Made by a program: the position numbers and the translations under genes | Shown here: piece after piece, positions 1-7,805 of the stretch | Numbering within the stretch: the first letter of the stretch is position 1 | Layout of the letters: each line of letters starts with the position of its first letter | Virus record (IMG/VR): IMGVR_UViG_3300049448_000779 | Origin: an uncultured virus (IMG/VR IMGVR_UViG_3300049448_000779) | Lineage: Duplodnaviria; Heunggongvirae; Uroviricota; Caudoviricetes | Direction: 5' to 3' (one strand) | Length of the DNA: 20,000 nucleotides | The notes under the pieces: model-generated | What the model was told of the DNA's origin: nothing | The model's input: the letters and a program-made list of their open reading frames with translations, nothing else | Database searches by the model: none

Positions 1-92
1 CGAACAGCAGGAGACACATCATGACTGATCCCAAGACACCCACTCTCGAAGCGACGTAACAATAAAACCAGCTGAATCAAAGAGGTCACCCC

Positions 93-773
93 ATGGCCAG
101 GTCCAAGACACTCACCCCTATGCGTGTACGTGACGCAGTCGAAAGACTGACCCCAAAACCCGGCGCCATAGTAGCCATCAAAGACGCAGTAGTTAGGTTG
201 ACCGATGCAGGCATCGCGGTCGTGAACCGCAAGGGAGCGCCCTTCGATGATGAGCGAGCGAAACATAGTATTTCTAATTACCTACACAACGGCAAACGCA
301 AGCGGGAGTTCAAGGCCTTGGGTGATGGCCGCTACGAGCGCTTGACGGAGCCACGATACGTTCCGTTTGCGAGTCGTATAGCTGACTCACGGCCGAAAGA
401 GAATGTTCGTAGGAAGACGTCGAAGAAGCAGATACCAGTCGCAACAACAACTTTCACCGTGGCGACTAGCACCTTAGGCATTCAAACTCTCCACGAAGTT
501 GGGAGGCACGTCTATGACCTACGCTACGCTCAGAGACGTGCCGAGATGGAGGCGATCATTCGAGCCCAGTTAGCCATAGCCGATCACAAAATCAACGAGG
601 GCCTCTGGGACATGATCCAAGAGATCATTAGGGGTCTAGCTGAGAACAGCACGTACGTCCTAGACCGTGACGATCGGGCTCAGGAACAGGAACAACTTGA
701 AGCTGACGCTGCTGCTCAAGAGGCTGTGGACTCTCGACAAGAACCAAACGTCATGAAGTTCGTCGGCCGATAA
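93..773 (+). CDS. Hypothetical protein, probable N-terminal winged-helix DNA-binding domain
   Basis: 226-aa ORF with AGAGG SD upstream. Basic N-half ending in a wing-like 'FKALGDGRYERL'; helical acidic C-half. Confidence 0.65.
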   Translation: MARSKTLTPMRVRDAVERLTPKPGAIVAIKDAVVRLTDAGIAVVNRKGAPFDDERAKHSISNYLHNGKRKREFKALGDGRYERLTEPRYVPFASRIADSRPKENVRRKTSKKQIPVATTTFTVATSTLGIQTLHEVGRHVYDLRYAQRRAEMEAIIRAQLAIADHKINEGLWDMIQEIIRGLAENSTYVLDRDDRAQEQEQLEADAAAQEAVDSRQEPNVMKFVGR

Positions 774-2352
774 GGCCCCATAGCAGACCTGCGATTGCGC
801 GGATAGGTGTAGTAGTCTCGTGTTTCGGCGGCGCAATGACGCGGGCCTGCGGTGCCGGAGTAGGCAGGGCAAAAACTGGCTCTACGGGTAAGCTCGCGGA
901 GCCTACAGCACTGATCGTCTCGACCAGCTGGTCGTGCGTCATGGTCATGCTCAACTGGTCGTGCGTCAGGATCATGCTCAACTGAGCGCGCTTCGATTCG
1001 CGAGGTTTTCGGCGCTGGCGTGCCATCCGCCGCGGCAGCTCCGCTTTGAGGTTAGTTGATCTAGCGGCGGATGGTTTCGGCATGGCATCAACGTCTAGTT
1101 TAGTCAGCGCCTTCGATGCCAGTTCGTCGCGCCAGGTTTGGTCAGCGCAGATTTTCTGCCGTTTCGCCTCCGTTAATTTCGAACAGTCGAGAATCATCAA
1201 GACGGGCGGAGTCAGGGTCGGAGGACGCGCTGCAGATGCGATCGTCTGGTCCCCACACACGAACAGTACCGGCTCACGCGGACGACAATAGTCTCGCAAC
1301 ACATCATTGCCTGTGTTTTTGAGCGCGCTCTTGTAAAACGCGTATCGGCGAATCTCGACTGGGTCTCCACCCACGTTGCACCTGGCGGAGCTGCAGTAGA
1401 CTTCCCCGCGCTCTTTGAGTCTATCTAGCCGATGCAGGGCTCCGACTGCCAGCCTAGCCTGCGTACGCGGTACATCTAGACCGAGTTCGTGGTAGGCGAC
1501 CGGAACGGGAAAACTCAGACGCGGAAGGACCCGGTCAAGCGCGCCTTGAACGCTTCTCTCCTTGAATCCATTGTAGAGCTTCCCCTCAAAGCCGGTGAAG
1601 CGGACCAAGGTGCCCACTGGAAACTGGTCCACCGCTACTGAGAGCTGCGGCACCAAGCCGTCTTCAGCCACGAGGAAGTGGTAGCGATCCCCCTTGGGAC
1701 CGCGAAGACGTTTGACGGCCGTAAGAGAGACAAGTGGGCTACCTTTGCGCCGACTCGCAACGAGTGTGAGCGGCGCATGCATGTAGCTAGGGCGAGCCGA
1801 CAAGCTCTGCTTGATGGTCCAGGGACCTGCCTCGAAGGGTTCGAAGACATCCAAGAGAAAATGCCGATCAATCCCCACCCCGAAGTCCCTCACATCCAGA
1901 ACATTGAATTGCTGATGTGCTTTGCGCTGCGCGAAGTTCTCGACACACAGGAACCTCTTGAACTGGTAGTGCGTTTTGGCATTTGGTTCCCCTGGGACGA
2001 ACGTCGGGAGCAAGCGCGCAATCGTCTCATCCGGATCAGAATGCCTCGACGCTCCGGTGCCCATCAACCGTTCGAGCGCAGCGTTTTGTGCCCTGACTAC
2101 TTGGACGGCCAGAGCCCTATGCGGCGCGTCAGCATCGTCCTCAAAAGCGGCGTCCAGTTGCGGCGTGGGTAGAGGCGCCCAAGACACGCCTCTACCGGCC
2201 GCGAAACGGTCGACTACGGAGCGCACGTGACTAAGCACATCATAGGGTCCCGTATAGTTCCCCCATGGATAGGGTGCGTCGGATAGAATCGCGTCGAGTA
2301 GAGTAGCTTGAGGCTGTTTCGTACTGGCGTATTCGGCTAATTCGAAGGGCAT
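751..2352 (-). CDS. Large hypothetical protein with degenerate GHKL/HATPase-like motifs
   Basis: Start reassigned to ATG 2352 (MPFELAEY) because AGGAG precedes it; 533 aa. 'VRAQNAALER' resembles an N-box and 'LDVRDFGVGI' a DxGxG G1-box; no clear G2 box seen. Confidence 0.55.
   Translation of the reverse strand: MPFELAEYASTKQPQATLLDAILSDAPYPWGNYTGPYDVLSHVRSVVDRFAAGRGVSWAPLPTPQLDAAFEDDADAPHRALAVQVVRAQNAALERLMGTGASRHSDPDETIARLLPTFVPGEPNAKTHYQFKRFLCVENFAQRKAHQQFNVLDVRDFGVGIDRHFLLDVFEPFEAGPWTIKQSLSARPSYMHAPLTLVASRRKGSPLVSLTAVKRLRGPKGDRYHFLVAEDGLVPQLSVAVDQFPVGTLVRFTGFEGKLYNGFKERSVQGALDRVLPRLSFPVPVAYHELGLDVPRTQARLAVGALHRLDRLKERGEVYCSSARCNVGGDPVEIRRYAFYKSALKNTGNDVLRDYCRPREPVLFVCGDQTIASAARPPTLTPPVLMILDCSKLTEAKRQKICADQTWRDELASKALTKLDVDAMPKPSAARSTNLKAELPRRMARQRRKPRESKRAQLSMILTHDQLSMTMTHDQLVETISAVGSASLPVEPVFALPTPAPQARVIAPPKHETTTPIRAIAGLLWGLIGRRTS
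928..984. repeat. 27-bp imperfect tandem duplication within CDS (QLSMILTHD/QLSMTMTHD)
   Basis: ctggtcgtgcgtcatggtcatgctcaa followed by ctggtcgtgcgtcaggatcatgctcaa. Confidence 0.9.
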
Positions 2353-2434
2353 AGATGTGGTCTCCTGATTCTCAACTACACCGAAAACTGAAGAGGCCAA
2401 ACAGCATAGGGCTTGTTCATTGTGACCTTCTTTC

Positions 2435-2782
2435 TTAGGGCCAGTCGATTGTCAGCTCCCCTGTATCCAGGTCAAACTTGACTGGCAAAAGGAACTCGTG
2501 CGAGCGGCCAATCCGGTGGTGCACTTCTTCGAAATCGCGCCCGACTTCTTCGGGCGCGTACGCTTTGCCGTGCTTGCGGATGTTGGCCAGGTGCCGCAGC
2601 AGCGTTTGCAGCTCAGCCGGCAACACGCATTTTACCGGAACCTTCAGGTGGACGACATTCTCGTCTACATGAACTGTCTTGGCCCGCTTCGCCCTAGTAA
2701 GCTGCCGGCGGGCATCCTTGTCGTAGCCAGCCAGCTCGGCCACCCCAAACATCACCTCACCTGCGCGCGTCAGGATCTTCAT
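2435..2782 (-). CDS. Hypothetical protein
   Basis: 115-aa ORF starting 7 nt after the stop of the 2790..3428 gene, same strand. Confidence 0.7.
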   Translation of the reverse strand: MKILTRAGEVMFGVAELAGYDKDARRQLTRAKRAKTVHVDENVVHLKVPVKCVLPAELQTLLRHLANIRKHGKAYAPEEVGRDFEEVHHRIGRSHEFLLPVKFDLDTGELTIDWP

Positions 2783-2789
2783 GGGCCAT

Positions 2790-3428
2790 TCAGTCCAAGC
2801 CGGTTTTGAAGATTGACCGCAGTTCTTGCCTCACCATGAGCCGCAGCTCGTGTCGCATGCCGTCTTCCTGCATGACCTCGCGGATCAGCGAGCGCAGCGA
2901 GATATCCCCTGCCCCTGCCCCGGCCCCTGCTGTAGATGCGGCGCGTGTCGCATTGTGCTTCGGGCTCGCAGTCGTATCGCGCCTCGGGCTCGCAGTCGTA
3001 TCGCGCCTCGGTCGTGCCGAGGGCTGCTGCTGCTGTCGCTGTTCAAGCGTGAACGTGGCCGCCGTTTTCCGTGGCTCTAGCATCTCGCGTTGGATGTCGC
3101 TGGGGGTCGCTACGCGATAACAACCACGTTCCTCTGACGTGAAGTAATGGACTAAATGACGGTTGCCTTGGGTATCGGTTACAGTCCGCTTGCTGGAGTT
3201 CAGCATCGTCGAAATGTAGGCGCGAAGATTGCCGGACTTAAACGTTTCGCCCGCGGCCGCCAGTGCTGCCTCGACCTCCGGGCCTGTCATGGTTCGATCC
3301 TGCATCACCGCAGCGAAACGTTGGGGAACAGTCAAGTTCGTCTTTGACTTGACCAACTCGAGCTTGACCTTGGCCTTCACCTTCGGAGGCTTGACCGTAC
3401 TGCTGGATTTTTTCTTTGGCATGGGCAT
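2790..3428 (-). CDS. Hypothetical protein with probable winged-helix domain and Lys-rich N-terminus
   Basis: 212 aa. 'MTGPEVEAALAAAG...NLRAYISTMLNS...FTSEERGCYRV' fits a wHTH layout, followed by a low-complexity linker. Confidence 0.65.
   Translation of the reverse strand: MPMPKKKSSSTVKPPKVKAKVKLELVKSKTNLTVPQRFAAVMQDRTMTGPEVEAALAAAGETFKSGNLRAYISTMLNSSKRTVTDTQGNRHLVHYFTSEERGCYRVATPSDIQREMLEPRKTAATFTLEQRQQQQPSARPRRDTTASPRRDTTASPKHNATRAASTAGAGAGAGDISLRSLIREVMQEDGMRHELRLMVRQELRSIFKTGLD
2960..3011. repeat. 24-bp perfect tandem repeat (2 copies plus 4 nt) encoding PRRDTTAS
   Basis: tcgggctcgcagtcgtatcgcgcc x2 then tcgg. Confidence 0.95.
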
Positions 3429-3507
3429 GGGTTGTTGAGTTTGTAGCGCACCATAGCCACAAATCCCTCGATGTGCAGCAGTCTAGTTGCTCTTGACGTC
3501 ACCGGCG

Positions 3508-3639
3508 TTACCGCTGGAGCGGCTTGCACTTCGTCTGGTCGAACTTCGGGAAGCCCATGAACCCAGCCACTAGAGAAGCTGGGAACTGCTGATAGTAGGT
3601 CTTGTAGACCCGACCCTTGTCAAGCAGCTCCTTTTGGTC
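3508..3639 (-). pseudogene. Fragment resembling the C-terminus of a LemA-like protein
   Basis: Manual translation DQKELLDKGRVYKTYYQQFPASLVAGFMGFPKFDQTKCKPLQR*. The 'Y...FPxxLVAxxxGF' pattern is LemA-like. No start codon for the full stretch; it follows the TGA of the Pth2-like gene in frame. Confidence 0.5.
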
Positions 3640-3966
3640 TCAAGATGGCCGGCTCAAGGTCAATGGTAGCTTAGCCACCAGGCTCCTCCCCTGCGGGCCG
3701 ATCACGATCGCAGTCAGTTCGTTGTCGCGGTCTGGCTCTCGGAAACGAACCACTGGGATCCAGCGACGTTCGGCGGCGAGAGCCAGTGCCTCGAGATCGG
3801 GCTCGCTAGGAACGGACAGCAGAGCAAGGGTGTTCGAGCTACTGTGCCATTCACTAGAGATCTACGAGAACTCGAAAGCGAACTCAAGCACCGCGTGGCA
3901 ACTCTGGACTGCCTGCTGCCCGGGACTCAAATCTTGGCGAGTCACGACGTAGAGCTTACTCATCAT
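3640..3966 (-). CDS. pth2: Peptidyl-tRNA hydrolase type 2 (PTH2)-like protein with in-frame TAG at codon 35 (3862-3864)
   Basis: Manual translation MMSKLYVVTRQDLSPGQQAVQSCHAVLEFAFEFS*ISSEWHSSSNTLALLSVPSEPDLEALALAAERRWIPVVRFREPDRDNELTAIVIGPQGRSLVAKLPLTLSRPS. PTH2-family hallmarks on both sides of the stop (YVVxRxDLSxGxxAxQxxHA; W; EPD...TAIxIGP; LPL). Start overlaps the upstream gene's stop. Confidence 0.85.
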
Positions 3967-4381
3967 TGGCTATCGCTTCTTGTTTGAGGCGCTCTTCGTC
4001 TGCGAAATGCGCCCGCAGCTTCTCGAGTATGTGGTCTGGAGCACCGCGGGCTTTCAAAGTCTTCTCCCAATCCTTGTCAGGGCAATCGAAGTATTCCCAG
4101 CTCCGCCGCTCACCCACGCCAATCTGATGAGGCACTCCGTAAACCTTGCCGTAGGGGGTCTCGACAAAGAGTCGAATGTAAAGCGAAGCGTCTGGGCAAC
4201 ATCCGCACGAGTAAGCGATCTCGTAGTGGGTGGCGATGGTGTTGACGCTCGTTGAGCACGAGAATACTCGGCGCCAGCGATCCGTCTCTTGCCTCAGGTC
4301 TGGGTACAGCTCTAGCAGCCCAGAAAGTCGAGCCGCTTCAGCCTGTGCTGCGTTGATGTCATCCTGGATCGGCATGGCCAT
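3956..4381 (-). CDS. Hypothetical protein (SCGCCPD motif)
   Basis: 141 aa, overlaps both neighbours in a coupled minus-strand operon, GGAGG upstream. Confidence 0.8.
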   Translation of the reverse strand: MAMPIQDDINAAQAEAARLSGLLELYPDLRQETDRWRRVFSCSTSVNTIATHYEIAYSCGCCPDASLYIRLFVETPYGKVYGVPHQIGVGERRSWEYFDCPDKDWEKTLKARGAPDHILEKLRAHFADEERLKQEAIANDE

Positions 4382-4577
4382 CGGCCTCCTCTAGCTGGGC
4401 ATAGTATGCGTCGGCAAGATCGAAGTGGCTCGCCCTCTCCTCTTGGTCATTCCAGCGGCGCACGACCTGCTCGAATCCTTGTTTCTCCCAATGGCTGCCC
4501 ATCAAGGTCCAGCCATGGATTGTGAGATAGGCGATCCGGTGCACTTCCTCGACCGTCAGCCCGCACCGACAGCTCAT
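4359..4577 (-). CDS. Small hypothetical protein
   Basis: 72 aa, ATGA overlap with upstream gene at 4574-4577. Confidence 0.7.
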   Translation of the reverse strand: MSCRCGLTVEEVHRIAYLTIHGWTLMGSHWEKQGFEQVVRRWNDQEERASHFDLADAYYAQLEEADGHADPG

Positions 4578-4777
4578 GCCACACCTTGGTTGGCTAGCCT
4601 TGCCAGCTGCTCAAACGTGAGTGGCCGCGAGCATCGACACTTGTGGCCTTCGCAGACGGGGCCGCCGAAGTCGCAACACGTGAAGCCGGCCTCAGCCTCG
4701 CAATGCCAGTAGTGATCATCCGGGTCCGTGTGATCCGGGATGTGCGAGTAGTGGCAGCGCGTCACAGTGCGCTCCAA
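4574..4777 (-). CDS. Small Cys/His-rich (putative zinc-binding) protein
   Basis: 67 aa with 'HC....TCCDFGGPVCEGHKCRC'; overlaps both neighbours. Confidence 0.7.
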   Translation of the reverse strand: MERTVTRCHYSHIPDHTDPDDHYWHCEAEAGFTCCDFGGPVCEGHKCRCSRPLTFEQLARLANQGVA

Positions 4778-5853
4778 AGCCGCGAGAGGTACTGCTGGAT
4801 CGTCGGAGTCGAAAGCGACTTAGCATACGCGAATGCCTCCCGCATGCCTTCAGCCGAGTGCTCGAAGAACTTCGATTCGTGCGTCTCGCCATCCAGGAAG
4901 ATGGTCAGCTTGACCGGCCCAGTCTTCACGCCCCAGTCGAGGTCGACCGTGAAGCCGTTCGACTTATTGATGATGCGCCGACACCAACGACTCTCCTTGC
5001 CAGTGAAGCCAGGGCACCAGCCCTGGTACGTGATCCCGAGGCTTTCATGGTCTTCCGGGTTGAGGCTCAGGTCCTTCAGTTGCTGCGCGAACTCGAGGTA
5101 CAGCGGATCTGTCGCCTTGAAGTCCTCGCGCCACGCCTCGTGCCGGCGGACGCCTTCGGCTCGCGCGACGCGTCGCTTGCCCTCGGCCTCTGACACCCAC
5201 ATGTTCACGAACCGCAGCTCGCTCTCGTGTCGACGGTACGTGCGGATCGACGCCCAGCCGCGCTGCTCGATCGGAACGTCGTCTTCAGCATCCTCCGCCT
5301 CGGGCTCCGGCTCGTAACAACGGACGAGCCCGTCGCTCGAGATCTCCGGCCATTTGTCTTCTGCGTACGCGCCCTCGAACTCGAGCGCGGGCCAGCCCCG
5401 CATCGGATCCGAGAAGTCATAGAAGCGGTACTCGTACGGGCAGGCCCAGAAGCAGCCATCCACGATCAAGATCTGGCTCGCAGCGTCGAACTTGTAGTCG
5501 GCCCAACAGAAGCCCCAGCCCTGTTCTGCTTCCTCGGGCAGGTGGTCGCGCCGTTTGCCGGTGTCCAGTTCGATCACCGTCTGCCCCTGGTAGTCCTCCC
5601 CGCAGATGAGATACGGGTGCCCATTCGGGTGGTCTTCGATGAACGCGTATGGAAAGCAGCTGTAGTTGCGGCGCACGTCCGCGATCGCCTTGTCCGAGCC
5701 GAGCTTGAACACGAGGCCCTGCGTATAGTTCCAGCAGCCCTTCTCGGTCGAGAAGGGCGTAATCACGATCTTGTACTGACCGGAGTCAGATAGGTATTCG
5801 CGCCGGCATTTGAGGTTTGCGTTCTCCGGAGCGAAGAAGTCGAGGTTGGTCAT
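4762..5853 (-). CDS. Hypothetical protein, aromatic/beta-rich
   Basis: Start reassigned to ATG 5853 (MTNLDFF), which forms an ATGA overlap with the upstream stop and has GAGG upstream; 363 aa. Confidence 0.8.
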   Translation of the reverse strand: MTNLDFFAPENANLKCRREYLSDSGQYKIVITPFSTEKGCWNYTQGLVFKLGSDKAIADVRRNYSCFPYAFIEDHPNGHPYLICGEDYQGQTVIELDTGKRRDHLPEEAEQGWGFCWADYKFDAASQILIVDGCFWACPYEYRFYDFSDPMRGWPALEFEGAYAEDKWPEISSDGLVRCYEPEPEAEDAEDDVPIEQRGWASIRTYRRHESELRFVNMWVSEAEGKRRVARAEGVRRHEAWREDFKATDPLYLEFAQQLKDLSLNPEDHESLGITYQGWCPGFTGKESRWCRRIINKSNGFTVDLDWGVKTGPVKLTIFLDGETHESKFFEHSAEGMREAFAYAKSLSTPTIQQYLSRLWSAL

Positions 5854-6215
5854 GCCGCCACCTCTTCTTTCACAATCGCTGGGACCTCGGGAGCCTTGGC
5901 GTCCAGCCACGCCGTGATCGCGTCCTTGGTCAGCTCGAACCCACGTTGGCTAGCCATGGATAGCATGCCGTTGTGAATCCAGTAGGTGTCGTAGCGGTCG
6001 TGCTTGGCCTCCAGCACGTGGCGCGGGACTCCCCGCAGCATCGCGTACGTGAGCAGCAGACACCGGGTGGTGTTGCCCTCCGAACGCTTTTCCTGCCATG
6101 CCTGCCAGCGCTCCATGTGACTGGTCGCTTGGATACGCTTGCCAATCTCTCGGCTCGCAGCCTCTCGTGTCTTGATCTCTAGTTTCAGTTCCGGGTATCT
6201 GTTCTTCTTACTCAT
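5850..6215 (-). CDS. Hypothetical protein (LLLTYAMLRGVP motif), first gene after the leader
   Basis: 121 aa; AGGAG SD 8 nt before ATG, lying in the 3' arm of a hairpin. Confidence 0.85.
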   Translation of the reverse strand: MSKKNRYPELKLEIKTREAASREIGKRIQATSHMERWQAWQEKRSEGNTTRCLLLTYAMLRGVPRHVLEAKHDRYDTYWIHNGMLSMASQRGFELTKDAITAWLDAKAPEVPAIVKEEVAA

Positions 6216-6223
6216 GACTCATT

Positions 6224-6265
6224 CTCCTGTGACTTGGGGTGTTGACAATTACACCGCCACAGGAG
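6224..6265 (-). promoter_or_regulatory. SD-sequestering hairpin (translational attenuator)
   Basis: mRNA CUCCUGUGGC-GGUGU-aauuguca-ACACC-ccaa-GUCACAGGAG: 10-bp outer stem (one G-U) pairing with the SD, plus a 5-bp inner stem. Confidence 0.8.
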
Positions 6266-6317
6266 GGCCACGAGCCCGGGGACTAGAGATCTACCAAAAA
6301 TGTCCGATGATCTGCAT
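6249..6317 (-). CDS. Leader peptide MQIIGHFW-[TAG]-ISSPRARGPPVAV, putative readthrough-dependent arrest peptide
   Basis: ATG 6317, in-frame TAG 6291-6293, RGPP codons 6272-6261, TAA 6249-6251. TAG context identical to that in the Pth2-like gene. Confidence 0.7.
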
Positions 6318-6348
6318 TTCGTCTAACCTAAGGTTCTCTCTACACCTG

Positions 6349-6561
6349 TCAAGTCTCGTACAAGACTTTGGAAGAATCCCGATCGATGACGCGGGCGCGT
6401 AGTTTGTCGTTCTTAGCCACTTTGTCGGCCACTTTCTTGGCTTCAGCCAACGAGGGCCTGGCTTTCTCGAAGACCCAGCGCTCCACCGATTTTAGGGTGA
6501 ATTCCACCACAAATGGGGATAGCCCATCGTACTTACTAGCGGTGCGGTAGTCGTAAGTCAT
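6349..6561 (-). CDS. Small hypothetical protein with MTYDYRTAS N-terminus
   Basis: 70-aa ORF; start region repeated at 11800-11830. Confidence 0.7.
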   Translation of the reverse strand: MTYDYRTASKYDGLSPFVVEFTLKSVERWVFEKARPSLAEAKKVADKVAKNDKLRARVIDRDSSKVLYET

Positions 6562-6596
6562 ATCAAGTGACCAGCATCAATAGATAAATACACCAT

Positions 6597-7805
6597 TCAA
6601 CTTAGTAGGTCGCTGAACCGGGCGCAGGTACTATCTTCAGACCAGGCCCCCAACGTACCGTCATCCCCTGTTGACGCTACATAGGTACGCTTCGGTGGAT
6701 CTTCTTGAATGTTCTCGACGTCAACGGTGATCGTACGACGTTCGCGACGACCGCGCGGGCCGCATACGGCAATAGATCCATCGCTAACCACATAAATTGC
6801 AGTCGCGCATATGCGGCGTGCTAAATCTCGCAGCGCGGGTCTAACCCAATCCTCGACTGTTTCCATTCCGAGTTCCGTGGGCATAGCAATCACGACATCT
6901 CCGTTACCCTTAAGGAAGGCGATGAAACTCGAAGGGACCTCGTGGTCAGGTGTGTTGTGGATCACCTTCTGTGCTGCCTGCAACACGTGTTCAGTGAGAT
7001 CAGCATCTTTGCGCTCCTGCCAGGCCTGGACCTTCAGAACCCCATTGATGACCAGATTGTTTCCATCCACCTGAGCTGTGGGCTTCCATCCCAAAAGCTC
7101 CTGTCGCTTCGTTTCAGCCTTAGATGCCGCGCTATCGAACGCCGGTACCAGCCGCTTACCCAACGCAACGGCGAGGACACTGGGTTCGAGCGGCGGCTTG
7201 ATTCCAGAAAGCCTGTGGATCTCGGCCGCTATATACTCTACTTTAGCGGCCGAGCTGAGTGTGTTGGGAGGATGATGGATTCGCTCGGGCCGCACGGGAC
7301 GAACCCCTTGAGCCACCGCACGGGACAAGACATGCGCCTGCGTAGCGATTACCATCGCCCGTGTCATCGCCGTCTCACCATCGGCACCGTTCTCAATCGC
7401 TGTCCGCAGCGCTCGTATGAACATCAGTACGAAGGTACGCGAGCAACTCTCATCTCCGGCGAGTTGCTTGTAGCGGTCGAAGATTACCTCTTCGGCCTCT
7501 ACAACTTCCACCTCCGCAAGAACGGCTCGAATGCTGGCTGTGGGGAGTATCGGCTCGCCGCCATCTCCCGCTTGGAGCTGACCTTCTCCGAAACACAGAA
7601 AGCGTTTTGAGACGTGCAGCCCATTGGCTAGCTCACCCAGCTCGATGAGCGTCGGCACATCTTCAAAACACTCGAAGTGCTGAAGACTATCACTATTCAT
7701 CTGAATCGCGGCGGCGAAACTGTCACGCGTATGACCCGCCTGCAAATACAAGCCGGTGATCCGTTCAGGCATTGTCAGCCAAGAGATAGGCTTTTCATCA
7801 CTCAT
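6597..7805 (-). CDS. XRE-family HTH domain protein with uncharacterised C-terminal domains
   Basis: Start at ATG 7805 after GGGAGG. 'LQAGHTRDSFAAAIQMNSDSLQHFE...PTLIELGELANGLHVSKRFLCFG' matches the Cro/C1-type HTH pattern. Confidence 0.7.
   Translation of the reverse strand: MSDEKPISWLTMPERITGLYLQAGHTRDSFAAAIQMNSDSLQHFECFEDVPTLIELGELANGLHVSKRFLCFGEGQLQAGDGGEPILPTASIRAVLAEVEVVEAEEVIFDRYKQLAGDESCSRTFVLMFIRALRTAIENGADGETAMTRAMVIATQAHVLSRAVAQGVRPVRPERIHHPPNTLSSAAKVEYIAAEIHRLSGIKPPLEPSVLAVALGKRLVPAFDSAASKAETKRQELLGWKPTAQVDGNNLVINGVLKVQAWQERKDADLTEHVLQAAQKVIHNTPDHEVPSSFIAFLKGNGDVVIAMPTELGMETVEDWVRPALRDLARRICATAIYVVSDGSIAVCGPRGRRERRTITVDVENIQEDPPKRTYVASTGDDGTLGAWSEDSTCARFSDLLS

Noticed and set aside
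21..59. 12-aa mini-ORF MTDPKTPTLEAT with AGGAG SD
   Set aside because: Too short and at the window edge; cannot be supported without upstream context.
928..3011. Short tandem repeats as a CRISPR array
   Set aside because: Only two adjacent copies each, no spacers, lengths are multiples of three and they lie inside coding sequence.
3617..3952. Plus-strand 111-aa ORF in the track
   Set aside because: Antisense shadow of the Pth2-like gene, with Ser/Arg-rich non-protein-like composition.
4643..5793. Long plus-strand ORFs opposite the operon (and similar ones opposite thyX and dam)
   Set aside because: Typical antisense ORFs of GC-rich coding DNA, with no motifs or SD.
6242..6247. TTGACA as a sigma70 -35 box (another at about 3618-3623 on the minus strand)
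   Set aside because: No TATAAT-like hexamer at 16-18 nt spacing. The first lies in the hairpin loop and the second in the LemA-like remnant.
6250..6255. GGTGTA copy as a promoter for the 121-aa gene
   Set aside because: Explained equally well as the leader's last codons and the inner hairpin stem. It was not counted, though an internal promoter that bypasses the anti-SD arm cannot be excluded.
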